Shown one piece after another: positions 25,604-41,450 of a stretch of 64,000 bases of DNA. The notes beneath the pieces were generated by a model, which saw only the letters and a program-made list of their open reading frames with translations, did no database searches and was not told the DNA's origin. Position numbers and translations under genes: made by a program. Position 1 is the stretch's first letter, and every line of letters starts with the position of its first letter. Origin of the DNA: the human T2T-CHM13v2.0 reference genome, Homo sapiens; NCBI RefSeq assembly GCF_009914755.1, contig NC_060926.1; one strand, written 5' to 3'.

Positions 25604-25930
25604 TAGAGAACTCCTTCCTCTGTGCGCCATTACTTCCTGTGTGTACTGCTGTTATATGACATACACACTTTCTTATAACTTATGGGCTTACTTCTGTCTC
25701 TTCTACTCTTTGATACAATTTTAGAATCTAGAAAATTACTTGCATTTTTGTATGTCCTTTGTACAATACTTGGGGATGATAGGCACTTGCAGAATGAATG
25801 AATGAATGCCTAGAGTTTGTTCTATGTGTGAGTCTCTCAGGTACTTGAATGTTTGTATGTGTGTTAAGAATATAAGACTATAAGAAATTCAAATGGTGGA
25901 TAAAACATTTCCAAAATTAAAATAAAAGTC

Positions 25931-26253
25931 AACAGAGGCTAGAAGGGTAGTGGGGAGGGGGAGATTAAGAAGAAATGGCTAATGGGTACAAAAATACAGT
26001 TAGATAGAAGGAATAAGATCTAGTGTTTTGTAGCACAATAGGGCAACTATAGTTAACAATAATTGATTGTACATATTGTATATTTCATAATAACTGAAAG
26101 AGTGGAATTAGAATGTTCCTAACACAAGGAAATGATACCACAATTACCCTGATTTGATCATTACATATTCTATGCTTGTATCAAAATATCACATGTACCC
26201 TATAAATATATACAACTATTATATATTCATAATAATTAAAAATAAAAATAAAA
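25931..26253 (+). mobile_element. L1MA-type 3' end fragment
   Basis: aatgggtacaaaaatacagttagatagaaggaataagatctagtgtt...ttaccctgatttgatcattaca, then A-rich tail. Confidence 0.88.
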
Positions 26254-27520
26254 TGACAATGAAAACAAAACAACAAAAACAAGCAATCTCATGTAACTGT
26301 AAGGAAAATCTTAGTTCATCGTCTAGTTGGTTTATTTACCACTCACATATTTGTCTGTATATGACTGTAAATCCTCAGATAAATATATGTAATATGTGAT
26401 TTTAAAAAATAAGCCATATGATGCCACATATCAAAAAATGTTTAAAGTGCCACACTGTTTCTAGGATTATCTATAACTTACAGTAATGAAGGCTATATGG
26501 TTAATCAATGGCCGTTTTATTGTATTCTTTCTTGCATATGTATTAATTGCCCTTGTTAGTGCATCTTCTATTAATTCTCTGGAAAATTTGGCTCATACGT
26601 TATTGCATACGTTTTTGTTTTTCTTTTTCTTAGCACCTGTGGAAGTTTTATCCCAATTCTCTAGTAGCACTCAAAGCAAGGTTTACTTTCAAAAGTGGAA
26701 GTTCAGTTGCCAAGAAACACTATGACAATAGCAAGTACTAAAACAGATGGAAGCTGTAGATTTCCAAGTTGGCTGAAATCCTTATCTTCGGAATGTCTTT
26801 CGATTTACTCATAAAGATTGAAGAAATGGGGAATCTTCCAATCCTAGCTTCCCTGGAGTCAAAGTGACATGTTTACTTCTAACTTAATGTGTATGCATAT
26901 ATGCACTCAACAAATTATAGCAAGTGTTCACATAATTTTATTGAAAAGGGAAGGAAGGAAAAAGGAAGGAAAAGTTTGAAATTCACCATGTTTATTTTGA
27001 AACATGTCTGAAAGCCAGTTTACTGGTCTTTCATCTTCAATAAATCTCATGTTCCTCAGAATGAAATGACTTATGCTTGGAAATATTGATGCTTAGCTGC
27101 AGATCTGAAATTTGGACATAGGACCCCTAATTTCACATTCAATATTTACCTCATCTTTCTTTTCCCGTTAACTGAAATACTACATGAGAAAGGGTTGTTC
27201 CAAAATGCAATTCTGTAGAAAATTTTTAATGGTTGTTGTCTTTTATGTATTTCCTGGAATGCTTGGTTCCTTTTTAATCAATATGTTTATACATTCATCA
27301 AGTTTTCATACTACTAATATAACATAAACAAAATAAATCTCCTAATAATGGCACAAAAATTGGTAACTAAACATTTTGTAGATATCTAAATCTTTTCTTT
27401 AGCTTGTCACAATGAAAACAAAACAAAACAAATTTAGGATAAACCATTAATTCCCCTGCAAGATAAAGATAATTCCTTCAATAATTCATTCATTTATCTA
27501 TTGTGCTTTAATTGTTTTTA

Positions 27521-27813
<293 letters not shown>

Positions 27814-28859
27814 TAATTGTTTTTAGATGCTAAACGCACTACCAAAAACTGAGAAGAAAATGAAAGTTATTTTGAATGCATAAAATTAGTTGGACGCTAG
27901 ATATATAAAAATTAAAGAATAAAAACAAGTATAAGATGCAATTTTTACTGCATGTCAAATATTTGGCAAGAGAGCAATACATGTAACTTTCCTTGAAAAA
28001 ATGAATTATAAATTTAGTTTTTGAAATAACAGATATGATTGGCAGGTAGAAAATCAAGGTGTACATCCCATATAGAACATATGGAACAAGAACCTGGTTG
28101 GAATGTTTCTTAACTGGTGTTTATTCTGTACCTACTACACTACATTAGAGAGTAGCTTGAATTGATGTTTGATCGACTGAAGCCTAGAGCTCTATTTCAC
28201 TCTTGTACATAGTTTATAAACATAAAACTTAAGAAAAGTATAGCAATGGTTAACAAAATCCTTGAAGTAGAATGATGTATTTTACTTTTTTCACTAATCA
28301 TTTCAGTTATACTTTATTCACTTTATTCCACATAAAAGAATACAATGTTTTTGCTATTATAATTGCTAAGATGTTACACTTCAAAACAAATTATCTGCCT
28401 AGCCTTCGGTAGCTTTATTTCAGAAAGTTGTACTAATACTAATGAGAATTCTTTTGTCAGTTACTTGGGTGTTGATATTTGATTCCAACGGTTTTTTTTT
28501 TAATTTTTGGTTAGTGATTAATTAAAAGAAAATCGATGTTTAAGGAACTAATACTATATTTTACTATTTCTCTACATGTAAAAAATTTCAGAGCCTTTTG
28601 TTTCTCAGAAAGTTACTGTGAATGAGCTCATTACATTTTGTGCTGCCAAGTTAGTCCAGTGGACAATTTTTATTCACTTAAATATGCCTAAGAAAGTACT
28701 TTATTTCTGTAAACAAATATGAATATTTATGCTTAGTATAAAAATCTTATAGCACTGTGTCAACATCCTATTCTCTTCATCTCCTTTATCAAATGTAATT
28801 TATGTTAAATATTGTGAAGGATACAGGAAGCATCCTCCACACCTTCTCCTTTGCCTCTG

Positions 28860-29620
28860 ATTTCTAGTCTGCACCAAGTCTGGCTCATTTTGCCTCTGGA
28901 ATATCCCTCAAATCATTCTGCCTTTTTCTACCCTCAGCACCTCCAATTCCAAATCCCTATTGCTCTCTTGACCATTACAGTGGTCTCTTCATATGGCTAT
29001 TCTCATCCTCCCTGGCCGCTAGTGGCCTTTTCTCTACACTGTAACCAAAGGGCTCTTCAAGACACACACCTTATATCTGGCCTGCAGATTTAAAACACAT
29101 TAGGAATCTCTCTGTACGCTTAAAGACAAAACTCCTGAGCATAGCCTATAAGGCCATATATGATCTGCCTGCTCTCCCTCCCTTCAGACACATTTCATAC
29201 CCCACTTGCCTACCACCATCCCCATTCAGATCAATGATCATACAGGTCTTCCATCCCCTGAACTTGACAGGCTCTTTTCTGATGTATGCTGGTCTTTTGC
29301 CAGATACAATTTTTTTCTCTTCATCTTTTAGATGTCAGTAAAATGTCCTTTCCACAGGGAAGAGTTCCTTATCAACTTTACCTGGGTCAGATGCTCCCAT
29401 CATAGCATCATAACAGAGCGACGACTTTTGTCTCTGTTGCAACTTTTCATTAGTTTTATTTGCTTTCTGGCTTCTCTGCCTGTCTTCCCTAGTAGATGGT
29501 AAGACCCAGAAGACCTAAGCCATATCTGCCTTTACTTATTATTTCATTACCCAGGTATAGGTTATAAGTGGAAAGATTGTAGGATATTTGTGAATATCTA
29601 TTAAGTCTGTGAATGATAAA
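28860..29620 (+). mobile_element. L2 3' fragment
   Basis: aaactcctgagcatagcctataaggccatatatgatctg and degenerate L2 3' tail. Confidence 0.7.
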
Positions 29621-29650
29621 AAGGCTTTAGATTTTAAAATCTCATGATTA

Positions 29651-29846
<196 letters not shown>

Positions 29847-31213
29847 GACAAAGACAACCAACCCATCACATGGACTACATGTATGGCATACCTCTTAAAC
29901 CTTCAGAAAAATAGAGATAGAAACTTAAAAATTCGTAGATTCTGTGGTCAAACTCTATTCTGTATACTTAAATATAACCCTGAAGAATTTTATCATTTAC
30001 CTACAAATTTGTCATCTCTTCATTATTATAGTAATACTGAAATGCAGCTATATATATTGGTAATAGAAAATGACGTTAAAAAATAAAGGTTTTTTTTGTC
30101 ATTTTCCAATCTCCTTCCTTACCCCACCTCACAAATATCACCAATTGCTCTGGGTAGATAAAAACCTTACTACTTGGTTTTATGTTTAGTCTTACTTGGA
30201 GAGATTGAAGAAGTGTGTTTACCGCTGAGGACTGAATATAAAGACTTTCCAGGAAGCCAAAACAGTGCTAAATGCAAGGACCTCTGTCTGTTTAGGGGGA
30301 AAAAAAATAAAAGGCAGAAATCACACTCAAAAGAGGGAAAGGAAATGAGATGAGATCTTGAAAAGCATGTAGGGAGAAATGAAAACAAGCACAGCCCAGA
30401 CTTTATCTTTTTAGCAGTCTACCGTGCTTCAACTTTTGAACATCTGAGAGCCCAAATAATGGTGAGTATATCAGATCTCCCCTGGAGTCCAGTTTTGATG
30501 GTGATAAAAGTTGTTTTCACAACGTGCTGCTGCCAGATACAGTTTCTCTGAATCACCCAGAGGCTAAACACCATCTTCCTTCCTTCTTTTTTTCATTTTA
30601 TTTTGTGGTTATCATGCCTGAAGCATGGGTCACCATATTGGAAGTAACTTTTAGTAGTTGTACAAGCCAATAAATGAATGTATCCGTGGGCTGTGTTGGG
30701 GTCATAGGGTGTTTTTCAAGAGCATCACGATCAATCTTAGGATGAGACATCAGTTTGAGAACAGTTAGAACCACGTCTTGTATTTCCCAGTTGTCTTTCC
30801 AGGAGCACTGCCCCAGTGCTTATGAGTCTGAAAACTACTCAGTATTATTATTTCCCTTACTTTCTCAAAATTTAGTCAAGTTTGGTCAAACAGCTGACAT
30901 TGCTTTTTCAACTTATGTAAAAGTAAAAATCAATCTAAATGATCTTACACAAGATATTTTTTAAATGTAGAATATTCTAGAGGGGCAAGTGAGATCGAAC
31001 CCAAAGATCCTACATTGTATAGCTGCCATGGATGCCTAAAAATCAATATGATGCACTGAGATGCTTTGTGATACAGATATACCTTCTAAATCATCAAAAA
31101 AGTTCCCCTTTTTTTGGTATGGTTTTAATATCAAATATAATTTGTTTTCAAATTCCTCAACATTTGTTAATTCTTGTGTTTTGTTTTTATACTTTTTATT
31201 AAATATATTTTAG

Positions 31214-31495
31214 TGCCAGGCATAGTAGTTCACACCTGTAATCCCAGCACTTAGGGAAGCTGAGGCGGAGGATTGCTTGAGGACAAGGGTTCAGCACAAA
31301 CCTTGGCAACATAGCGAGACCCCATATCTGCAAAAAATTAAAAATTAGCTGGGCATGGTGGAATGCATCTGTAGTCCTATCTACTTAGGAGGCTGAGATG
31401 GGAAGAACGCTTGAGCCCAGGAGTTCAAGGCTGCCGGAAGCTAGGATTGTGCCACTGCACTCCGACCAGGGTGACAGAGGGAGATCCTGGCTCCA
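31214..31495 (+). mobile_element. AluJ lacking poly(A) tail
   Basis: Both arms present; ends gagatcctggctcca with no A tail. Confidence 0.88.
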
Positions 31496-31499
31496 TAGG

Positions 31500-32140
31500 A
31501 TTGTTGTTGATGGCATAAGAGAGACAGAGAGAAAGATAGAATGGAACATAGTGCAGTGGAAGGAGGCAGTCAATGAATGCCATTACAGGACTTTAAAGTG
31601 ATGATGCTGTCGATTTTCAGATTACTCTGCCATGTTGAAAATTGGTTGGAGTAGAAATGGTGGTGCACCAGTTGGGATTTTTAAAATAGGTGAGATAAGC
31701 GATGGTTCAAAATAGTGACAGTGATGATTAAATAAAGTGTGGTGTATATAAAATATGGAGGTTGCGAGGGGAAAAAAAAATGAAAGATGAATTCGAATTA
31801 TCTGGTTTGAGCATCTAAAGGGGATAGTGTTGCCATTACTAAAAGGGGGAAGACAAGGTGTGGAACAGGTTTGAGCAGCCGGGGAGAGGAGGGAATGCAG
31901 ATTTCAGTTTGAGATTAAGAAGGCCTATGACACTAAAATGGAAATATACAAAATAATGGGAAATACAAATTTGGAATTCAGAGGCAAGGTAAGAACTGGA
32001 GATCTAAATTTAGGAAATATCATATAGATGATATTTAAAGTCATAGATGGCTAAGTTGATCTAGGAAAGAGAATGTAGAGAGAGAAAAAAGTGAAGAAGC
32101 TTGGGACCAAGCCCTGAGGATCAGAAGCATTTAGGAGAAG
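31500..32140 (-). mobile_element. L2 fragment
   Basis: tctggtttgagcatct...gatagtgttgccattact; ggagatctaaatttaggaaatatc...gatgatatttaaagtcat. Confidence 0.7.
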
Positions 32141-33326
32141 ATACAAATACTCCATTTCCAATTACCTTGGATAAATGAGGATTGCTCTATCATAATGTAC
32201 TGCTGTAAATATCAATGTATCATTATACAACATAGTAATGCTGTATCTTATATGATATTATAATACGTTGTGATGGAAGAACTGCAAGTGCCATCACCTC
32301 TTTTTGCATTGTTTTGTTTGGGTCTCATAGACTCACTTTTGTAAATACGAAAAGAAGTACCTTACAAAATATATCCTACACAAAAAGTGGCGTATATGTT
32401 AGCAAGTAAAAATAATTAGATGTTAGATATTCTAGCCTATGCATTACTCTGCATATTTGTAGTAGTCAATGTAAAATAAAAAGAAAAAAAACAGTAATTA
32501 GTTGAATCATTCAGATTTTATAAATGACCATCTACATGACATATTTCTTCTTTCATAAGTACTATTTTGAGAAACAGTGTTGGAAACTAAGGGGCATTTC
32601 ATGCCCATAACAAAATTCGATAACAGTCAGATGAAATTATCAGGATGCAAAAAGAGAAAGGATGTACTGGGTCAAAGACAAGTTATGTGGCTGGAGGGTA
32701 AATGTTGTTTCTTATAACTTAGCTCTCCCTATAGTTCCACAATTTTAGTAATTGGAGTAGAGGGCAGTTATAGGGATCTAAGGTAAATGCAATTTGGCCT
32801 CAACCAAATTAACCAAGTACGCATGGCCTCCTGGAGCAACTGCAGCCACTATCATCTTCATATCTGCATGTCTTCTGGGATCTAGCAAGGAATGGAGCTA
32901 ACAGTGTTACAAGTCGTAATGCCAAAGAACAGAAAAATGTATGTATGTTTGCATCTGGACACATGCTTCTATGAGAAGTTTATTAGATAAATGCCAATTT
33001 CTTCCATTACCTTCAACTTCCTTCATTTCAACAAGGGCTCTGTGTGTAGGCTTCTTTCTGAGTTCACAAGTGTAATCACCTCCAAACACAATCATCAAGG
33101 AAAGAGAATAGTGGCTTATTGGGACAACTTTTCATTTGGGCTTAAAGAGTGGTATAATTCAATGAAAGAAGATAATCGGATCACATCCGGACTCAGGAAG
33201 AGAAAGAGAGTCATTAAACTGGCTTCGGAGACACTGGCCACTTTATTAACAACAACCAGGCTTATGGCATAAATCCACATGGCATTTTTCAAGGAAATTA
33301 TATTTTTCAAGCAATTACCTACGTAA

Positions 33327-33642
<316 letters not shown>

Positions 33643-35032
33643 AGATTGTAATTTTTAAAAGGCAAATAATTAGAATATTTTGATAAGCATAAGCTGAAAG
33701 TTGAGCAAAAAGTAGTTGGCTTGCAGACGGAAAATCCACAAGGCGTCATCCAGAATATTAGCAAGACTTAAGGGAGCAGGGAGTCACTTATTTGATGCAA
33801 ACTGAAGAACCTCTTGTTCAAGGAGCAGTGAGCCTGCATATGGGTGATGACCAAGGAGCATGACACATGGAATGCTTCATCATCTACCTGAAGAGACAGC
33901 TGCAGCCAGAAATTGACTTTACAGCCAGCATTTACATAGAGACTTCTACTGTAAATAGAAGCAACTCTGTAGATGCCCCTGAAAGGAATATGTATCATTA
34001 TATGCCATTGGGCACAAATATATGGTTTTTTTTAAAAGTCTTATGTGTCAACAATACTTAACAGAGGCAAAGGAATATGAAAAGAAAAAGGATTTGGAAT
34101 GAGTGATTTTTATTATCACACTGTCAGGTAGTCACATGGGATGAATTGCCTGGTAAATACCAACAAAGTTTCCACAATGGAGTTATGTCAAAGCAAGTTG
34201 GTATTACTTCATTGTTTTATTTTCTGAAAACCAAATTGTTTTTATAATTTTTGTCTGGTCCACCTGAAACATCATGTTCTTGAGTCTTAAAGAAACTGTC
34301 TCTTATGCATTCTTTTCTTTGTTGATCTTTTCCTTAATAATTGCCTTTTAGTTATATTATCTTAAATATATTGCGAAATAGAGTATAAGCAATAACTTAC
34401 ATATGAGGTTAAAGGAAAGCAATGAGAAAGTAGTAACCTGCATCAGTTCTTTTTGTTAAAGATCTTTGCATTTGATAATTTTTCCCTTCAAGTTGTTAAT
34501 ATTAAAATAACCTGAAGGTCCTTTATTTTTGGTTTCTCATTTCTATATAGAAGGCAACACTTTCAACAGATTGCCTAATGTCATATTTGCCAATAAACCT
34601 AAAATGCATCATTTTGAGACATATCCATTATGATTATTATGACATTTTATTTTTGTCCATTTATAAGCTAGAGCAGCGCAAAATAACGCAAATACAACTA
34701 AAAATGAGGACCCCGTCTGTCATACTCAGTGCCTGGCAGAAAATTACCTTCACTGTAAAATGAATGTAGATAATTTACTTTTACTATACAGAGTGATGTC
34801 TTAAAGGAGAATGTGAGTTTAGCAGGAAAGAAAGAATACTGGAAAAACTTACATTAAAGATCAGTTGCAAAGTAATGGCATTGCCTTTCAGACAGCCAGT
34901 AAAGCAAAAAGGAGGAAAATCCTAGGAATAGAGTTTCTGCTCTTGGACTAAGTGTTTACTGAAGGAAATGCAAGAGTCTGCTGAATTGAAACACTGAGAG
35001 AAGAATATGAGAATTATCTGCCACATATTAGC

Positions 35033-35199
35033 TCTGGTTTTCAATGCATGCTTCTTCAACTAACAACATCAGCATCACCTGAGAACCTGTTAGAAATGCA
35101 AATTCTCGGCCCCATTCCAGACCCATTGAAACAGAAAATCTGTGTTTTCACAGGCCCTCCAGGTGATTCTGATGCACTCTTAAGATTGAGAACCACTGG
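35033..35199. mobile_element. MER5A (hAT-Charlie)
   Basis: catcagcatcacctgagaacctgttagaaatgcaaattctc...ccctccaggtgattctgatgca...ttgagaaccactg. Confidence 0.9.
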
Positions 35200-35540
35200 T
35201 CTGAATTGGGATAGTTGTTTGAATTGCCCAGGTAAACTGCCCACATTGATTAGATTGACTGAAGAACTGTCAGAAGCCTCAATCTTAGTTGAGTCTTTCC
35301 TTGGTGGACTTATTGATGTGTTTAAGTGAAATGTTTTCAAACCTACCCCACTCTTATGAGTTATTTAAGAGGGGTCAGTGTCTACTTGAAGAATGAGAAC
35401 AGTTGAGATCTGACCACTTGAAAAGGAACATGTTATCCTTAGTTCAAGTAGTTGAATCTCATGTTTTGATGATCAGAGATAGCTCTGTAGGAGGAATACA
35501 GAAGGAAATTGCTTATTCCTTATGTAAAAACCTTCCCCTA

Positions 35541-36251
<711 letters not shown>

Positions 36252-36274
36252 TAATGATATCAAGTTTTGATTGA

Positions 36275-36672
36275 CTAGGTCTCAGTGCTGCTAGAAGCTG
36301 ACCCTGGGAAAAGGAATTCAGGACAAGTTTATTTAGGAGACGATGCGGACCTGGAGACTGAGAGAGACGAGGGCAGGGAGCCAGCACAGCTTCTGTATGT
36401 ACCTGGGAACCTCTGGGGTGCAATACGAAACATGTCTCAAGTTATCCTACAAGAGTACATAAGGGAGATAGAGTATTTATTCAGTTTATTATCAACTCCT
36501 GTCATTGGTGACAGGCTGGCAGAGGATGTAGAGTGCATTTGTCTTCTGCTTCCACTTTGGACTTCAGAGAGACAGCCATGGGCAAAGAGTCCTGGCACTG
36601 ACTTGGAAGTGGGCAGGCAGGTCAAAGGGAAGTTCTGGGGAGGATGGGCCACGCATGGCAGCATCTGCTCCG
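36275..36672 (-). mobile_element. LTR33-family ERVL solo LTR
   Basis: agaagctgaccctggg...gtttatttaggag, ggggtgcaatacgaaacatgtctcaagttatcc, caactcctgtcattggt, ends cagcatctgctc. Confidence 0.7.
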
Positions 36673-39600
36673 CAGTGGGAGACGGTAGAATGTAGGTAGG
36701 TGCTAGGGAATCATAGGCCAGTGGATGCCTAAAAGGAGAAGTGGAGTGGGCTAAAAAAAATTTCAAAAACAAAACAAGAATCCTAGGACTCTCTAAGGGA
36801 AACTTGGTCTACTTCACAGTGTTGCCCAGGTATGATCCTGGCACTCGTCATCCACGAGCAATTATTTAATGTTCACCTGCACTTGACATTGTGATCCACC
36901 CCAGGAAGATAATGAAAGCAATATGGCTTCTCGCCTGAGGTGTCTGACAAGCTGGTCTAGCAGCAGGAAGGAGAAAGCTGGAGCTCCCGGCATCCGTTCA
37001 AAATGACAAATGGAGGCTGTAAAAAGAATGGGCCTGGTGTTTATGGAGGCTACAAATTAAATGCAACCTGCCCAGGTTCAATCCGATGCCCGTTTCTATT
37101 AGCATATACTGACACTTCTCAGAGATTTACCCTGTGAGTCTCCAAAGATATTTTATTATTCAGTGCCTGCCAGAAAACTAAGCTTGGTGTAATGTAGGAC
37201 GTGTATATTATGAAATATTAAAATTATTAATTCATGATAATTGAAAAAGGTGCTAGTGGTAGCTGGCTTCTCTAAATACATTTAATTACAAATATGACAT
37301 TGCCATTCTTGTCCCCACCCCTCTTTTTTCCTCTTCTCAATGCATAATTTTGAAAACCATAAATTACTGTCATTTTGATCAATACAAACTTCGGCCAAAT
37401 TACTATAGTTTGCTTAATCATTTTATTTTAGAAAAAAATTCTGTTTTCTCATTATAAATTTACAAGTTTCTACCAGTAGATTAAGATTTTTTTTTACATT
37501 AACTGTTAAATTTTGGTTTTACTCCATAGACTAAAAAATATTAAAATAAATTTGGAAATAAGGAAATTAAGAAAATCTTTTTCTCCTCGAGGTTTGTATG
37601 GTAGAGTTATTTTAAATCTGTTTTTCAAATTTTCTTTTCTTATGCTAACTCCAGCGTAATCATATTTACAATATTTTCACTCTAAAGCCTTGCGTGATTC
37701 AGCCCCTTAACTATAACAGCCCAGAATTCCTTTTCAAATACTTTTTTTTTAATGTTCTTAGATAAACAAGGTGCTTTTGTCTGTGTTGCTTCACATAGCT
37801 TAAGAATCATTGACTCCTTCCCACAATTTTGCCTTAATACAATTTAACTCCAAAATCATATCAGGAAATATGATAACTCATTTGGGTAGTGCTCTAGCTT
37901 TTCTTTTATAAAGATTGTTGCGAGGTAATTGGTAATTCAGCTATTTCCTCATGCCTCATTTCCAATTCCCGCTGTCATTTTTGTAGATGGATTCTTTTGT
38001 TCTCGGTGTTTATTCACTGAGAGTACACATTTTTTTTTTAAATCGTTACCAAAGTAATTTCAATCTTCTACCCTTCAATTAAAAAAAAAAGTTTGAATTC
38101 CAATATTTATTTGTATTTCCTGCTTAGTTATTTTGGCCTCTAAATCGTACAAATAATCCAGTAAATTTCAAGCAGATGATGAATAATTTCTGCATTTTGT
38201 TGGGTTTTTTATTTGTTACATGAACATTTCCAGTTTTCTTTAATAACCTTCTCAGGCATATGAAACCACATTGTAGTTCACTTTGTCTTTAAAGCATTTT
38301 TCTCTCAAGTATTTGGCTCTAAGATAAAGTGCCTGCAGTCATTTTCCTGTTAAGTTTTTCAGTTTTCAGTCCCATACTCATTCCCTGTGTGAGATACCCC
38401 CAACTTCAATCTCATCTATCACACTTGGCACAGTTCTGAAATGGACTGAACGGCCTGTGTCGCCTATGGCCATGTTCCATGTGCTACAAACTGTGAAAGG
38501 AAACCCTCCTCCACTACCTAGAGGAATTTGAAAGTGTTCCATAGCTATTACCTGAAACAATACGTGATTAATTTCCTATGGTGAATATTCTGACTTGGAT
38601 TGTGGCCTCTCTGATTTTATAAAGCATTTACTAATCCTGTGCTCTGGATTTTCGGGCAGATTTGTTGAATTAACAGAATTGCCTATACTTTTTCCTTAAC
38701 TTCCACCTGAGGATGCTAATTTCTTGGGGCAATTAAATTACAAATATGCTTTCTCCCATAAATATTATGCCATTTACATTGATATGGCCTGTTTTTTGTC
38801 TTTCCTAGCCTTTAATAACTTGACAGTTTTCTGGTGTGCAGTTTCTGGCCATTATCTTTATATGGATAGTTCAGTCATTGGTTGTCTCATGCTTTGTTTT
38901 GCTGCAAGAGACCTTGAGAGAGACTGAGTGTCAGCCCTTTGTCTTCATGTGCATCCAAACAAAAGCAGGCCTGTTTGTGATTTCATTTCAGCCTTGAGTC
39001 ACAGTGCATGCATTCCTGAATCAATGAATATTAAATGGATGAGCATTTGTTGATGGCTTCCTGTGTGTTTGCACAAGGCTTCGCAGTGGTTATTCAAGAG
39101 TGCCAGTACCAGATGTGACTCTGTCAACAGTATATCCAGACAGTTCTCCTTCGACCATTGTGTTTTTACTATTCTCGTAAATTTTAAACCTTATTTGTTT
39201 TCCATTGCTACTGATTACAGTTACCCCTTTTTACTTGTTTTGTTCTTAGAAAATGAAACTGATTTAAATATTAGCCAACAGTAAAGCTTTAGGAAAGGTA
39301 AATTTGTAAACATAGTGATATACGTATAAATTAGGAGGCTCACCAAATACAAACAGAAAGAATGTAAGGCATGTGATTACCTGGACTGTCTTCTGGCATT
39401 TGATTTTGAGAATTTCCTCAAAAGCTCAATATTCCAATTCATTGGGGTTTCTAAACCTGAGTTTGGAATCCAATTCTGTGGATCACAAGAGAATTTTTAC
39501 TGTGGCTGAAAAACGGAGTTATATCAGAAAGGTAGGCTAGCCCTAGGCAAAATAGTGAAGCAGTAAAACTTTGTCTTTCCAGGGCCATTGCACTTCTGTC

Positions 39601-40059
39601 TGCTTGTCTTTAGGAGTTAGCCTAAGAACTCAATGCCTTTTTTTTCTTTCCCTTCACTACACAGGAATTCCTGCCTTTGTCAGACTTCTTGCCTAGTCAA
39701 AAGTAATGCTTTCAGCATCCTTCTCTCTTTTCCTTGATAGTGAAATTTAGTGAAAATTGTCAGTTAGGAACTAGTCCTAGTAATCATTACCCTTTCTAGA
39801 TAACACACTCTTCAGACATTAACCTGGAGGATTGAAATCATCCTAGAAGGCTGGTGAGGAAAATCCTGCCACTTAGTAAAACTCGATTTCTTGCTCCTCA
39901 TGGCATGCCACACAAAAAGCCAATGTACTCATACTGGTACATCACTATATCATCATGTTATTGCCAAATAGGAACCAGTAAAACAAGACAAACAGATATT
40001 CTTGGAAGAGCTCTCTTTCTCTTTCTTAACCTCTACCATAGAGCAGTCTTGCCATGAAG

Positions 40060-41450
40060 AATCCTTTGGTTTCATTTTTGCCATATATGCATCCATTCAT
40101 AAATAGTACATATTATTATTTGAAACTTCTTTAATATTTTCATTAGTAATATCATATTGAATGTATCGTTTACCATTTGCACTTTTTCTAAACTAGTTCA
40201 TTTTCTAAACTAGCTGCATTTTTCTAAACTAGTTCATTCTTTATAAATTCCTTGTTCCATTGGACACATAAATTAACTATTTTCTTACTGTTGGAATTTT
40301 GAGATGTTTCCAAGTTTTGCTTGAAACACACAATTGCACTAAACAATTTCTGCTGCACATTTCCTTGTGGAGAAGTATGAGAGTGTCTTGTAGGAATTTA
40401 TTTAGAAGTAGAATTGTTAAATAATATAGCTTATCAATAAGTGTAAGTTCTAAGAGTTAACCTGAAACTTGCTTTCCTGGGACAGTGACACTAATTTGTT
40501 TTTAGATCTTTGCCTTTTTTTTTCTTATAGGCTGACTAAAAGTATAATTGATGAGTTCTAGAGTATCTAACATTTATCTTTAGTAGTTGTATTCTCTAGT
40601 AGTGGATATTGTATTGTATTATCCAGTAGTAGATATTCTCTGAAGTAGTTGTAACCATGTACACTCCTCCCAGTAGGATATGAGATTTCGTTTTCAATGT
40701 TCTTGATGAATTTTATTAGAGTTAGAAAGTTCCCAATTTTATGGGTGCAAAATTATATCTTGCTGTTACTTTAATTATTATTTCTTCAGTTGGTATGCTT
40801 TTCATATCTTTATTAGTCATTTGGGTTTGCTATTTTCTTTGTCTCCTTTTTCATTGGGTTGATTGTCATCTTAAAGCATGATTCTTACATTTTCATATTC
40901 AAACTTTGTATTTTATGTACTATTTTTGCAAATATACCCCCAGTGCATGACTAATATTTTCATTTTGCTTATGCCTATTGTTGTATAAATTTTTCTTAAA
41001 AATACAATTAGTTGCATTGATCTTTATTGTATATGTGTCCTATTTAAGAAATTTTTTCTAACCCAATATCATAAATATATCTCTAAATATTTTGCTAAAT
41101 GTTTAAAAATGTTGCTTTTACATTTAAGTCTTTATCTTTGACTTTTTACTCTTTGAATTAAAGTCTAGTTTTATTAATTTTCCTATTCTTAGTCAATATT
41201 TAGCACTGTTTATTAAACAGTCCATCCACCCCTATTTGTCATATGTCACATTTGCATATATGTAAGTTGAGCTGTTTGCAGGCTATCTACTCTATAGGTC
41301 AATTTCTATATGTATACCACTTTGATTTAGTTACCATAGCTTATTAATAAATATTGATATCTATCAGGGCAATGCTTTATTACCCCTTTTTAAAAATTCT
41401 TCACAATCCTCTTGGCTTATTATTTATTGGCCCTCTTTTCCTCAATCAAA
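40060..41450 (-). mobile_element. Ancient L1ME-type fragment
   Basis: tagaagtagaattgtt, gtagttgtaaccatgtacactcctcccag, ttgcaaatatacccccag L1M 3' motifs. Confidence 0.65.

Noticed and set aside
26634-26870. Strong acceptor ttttctttttcttag at 26633
   Set aside because: No convincing downstream donor, and the frames I read close within ~110 nt
36285-36695. 136-aa ORF and overlapping 111-aa antisense ORF
   Set aside because: Lie within an LTR33-like element; no recognisable protein features
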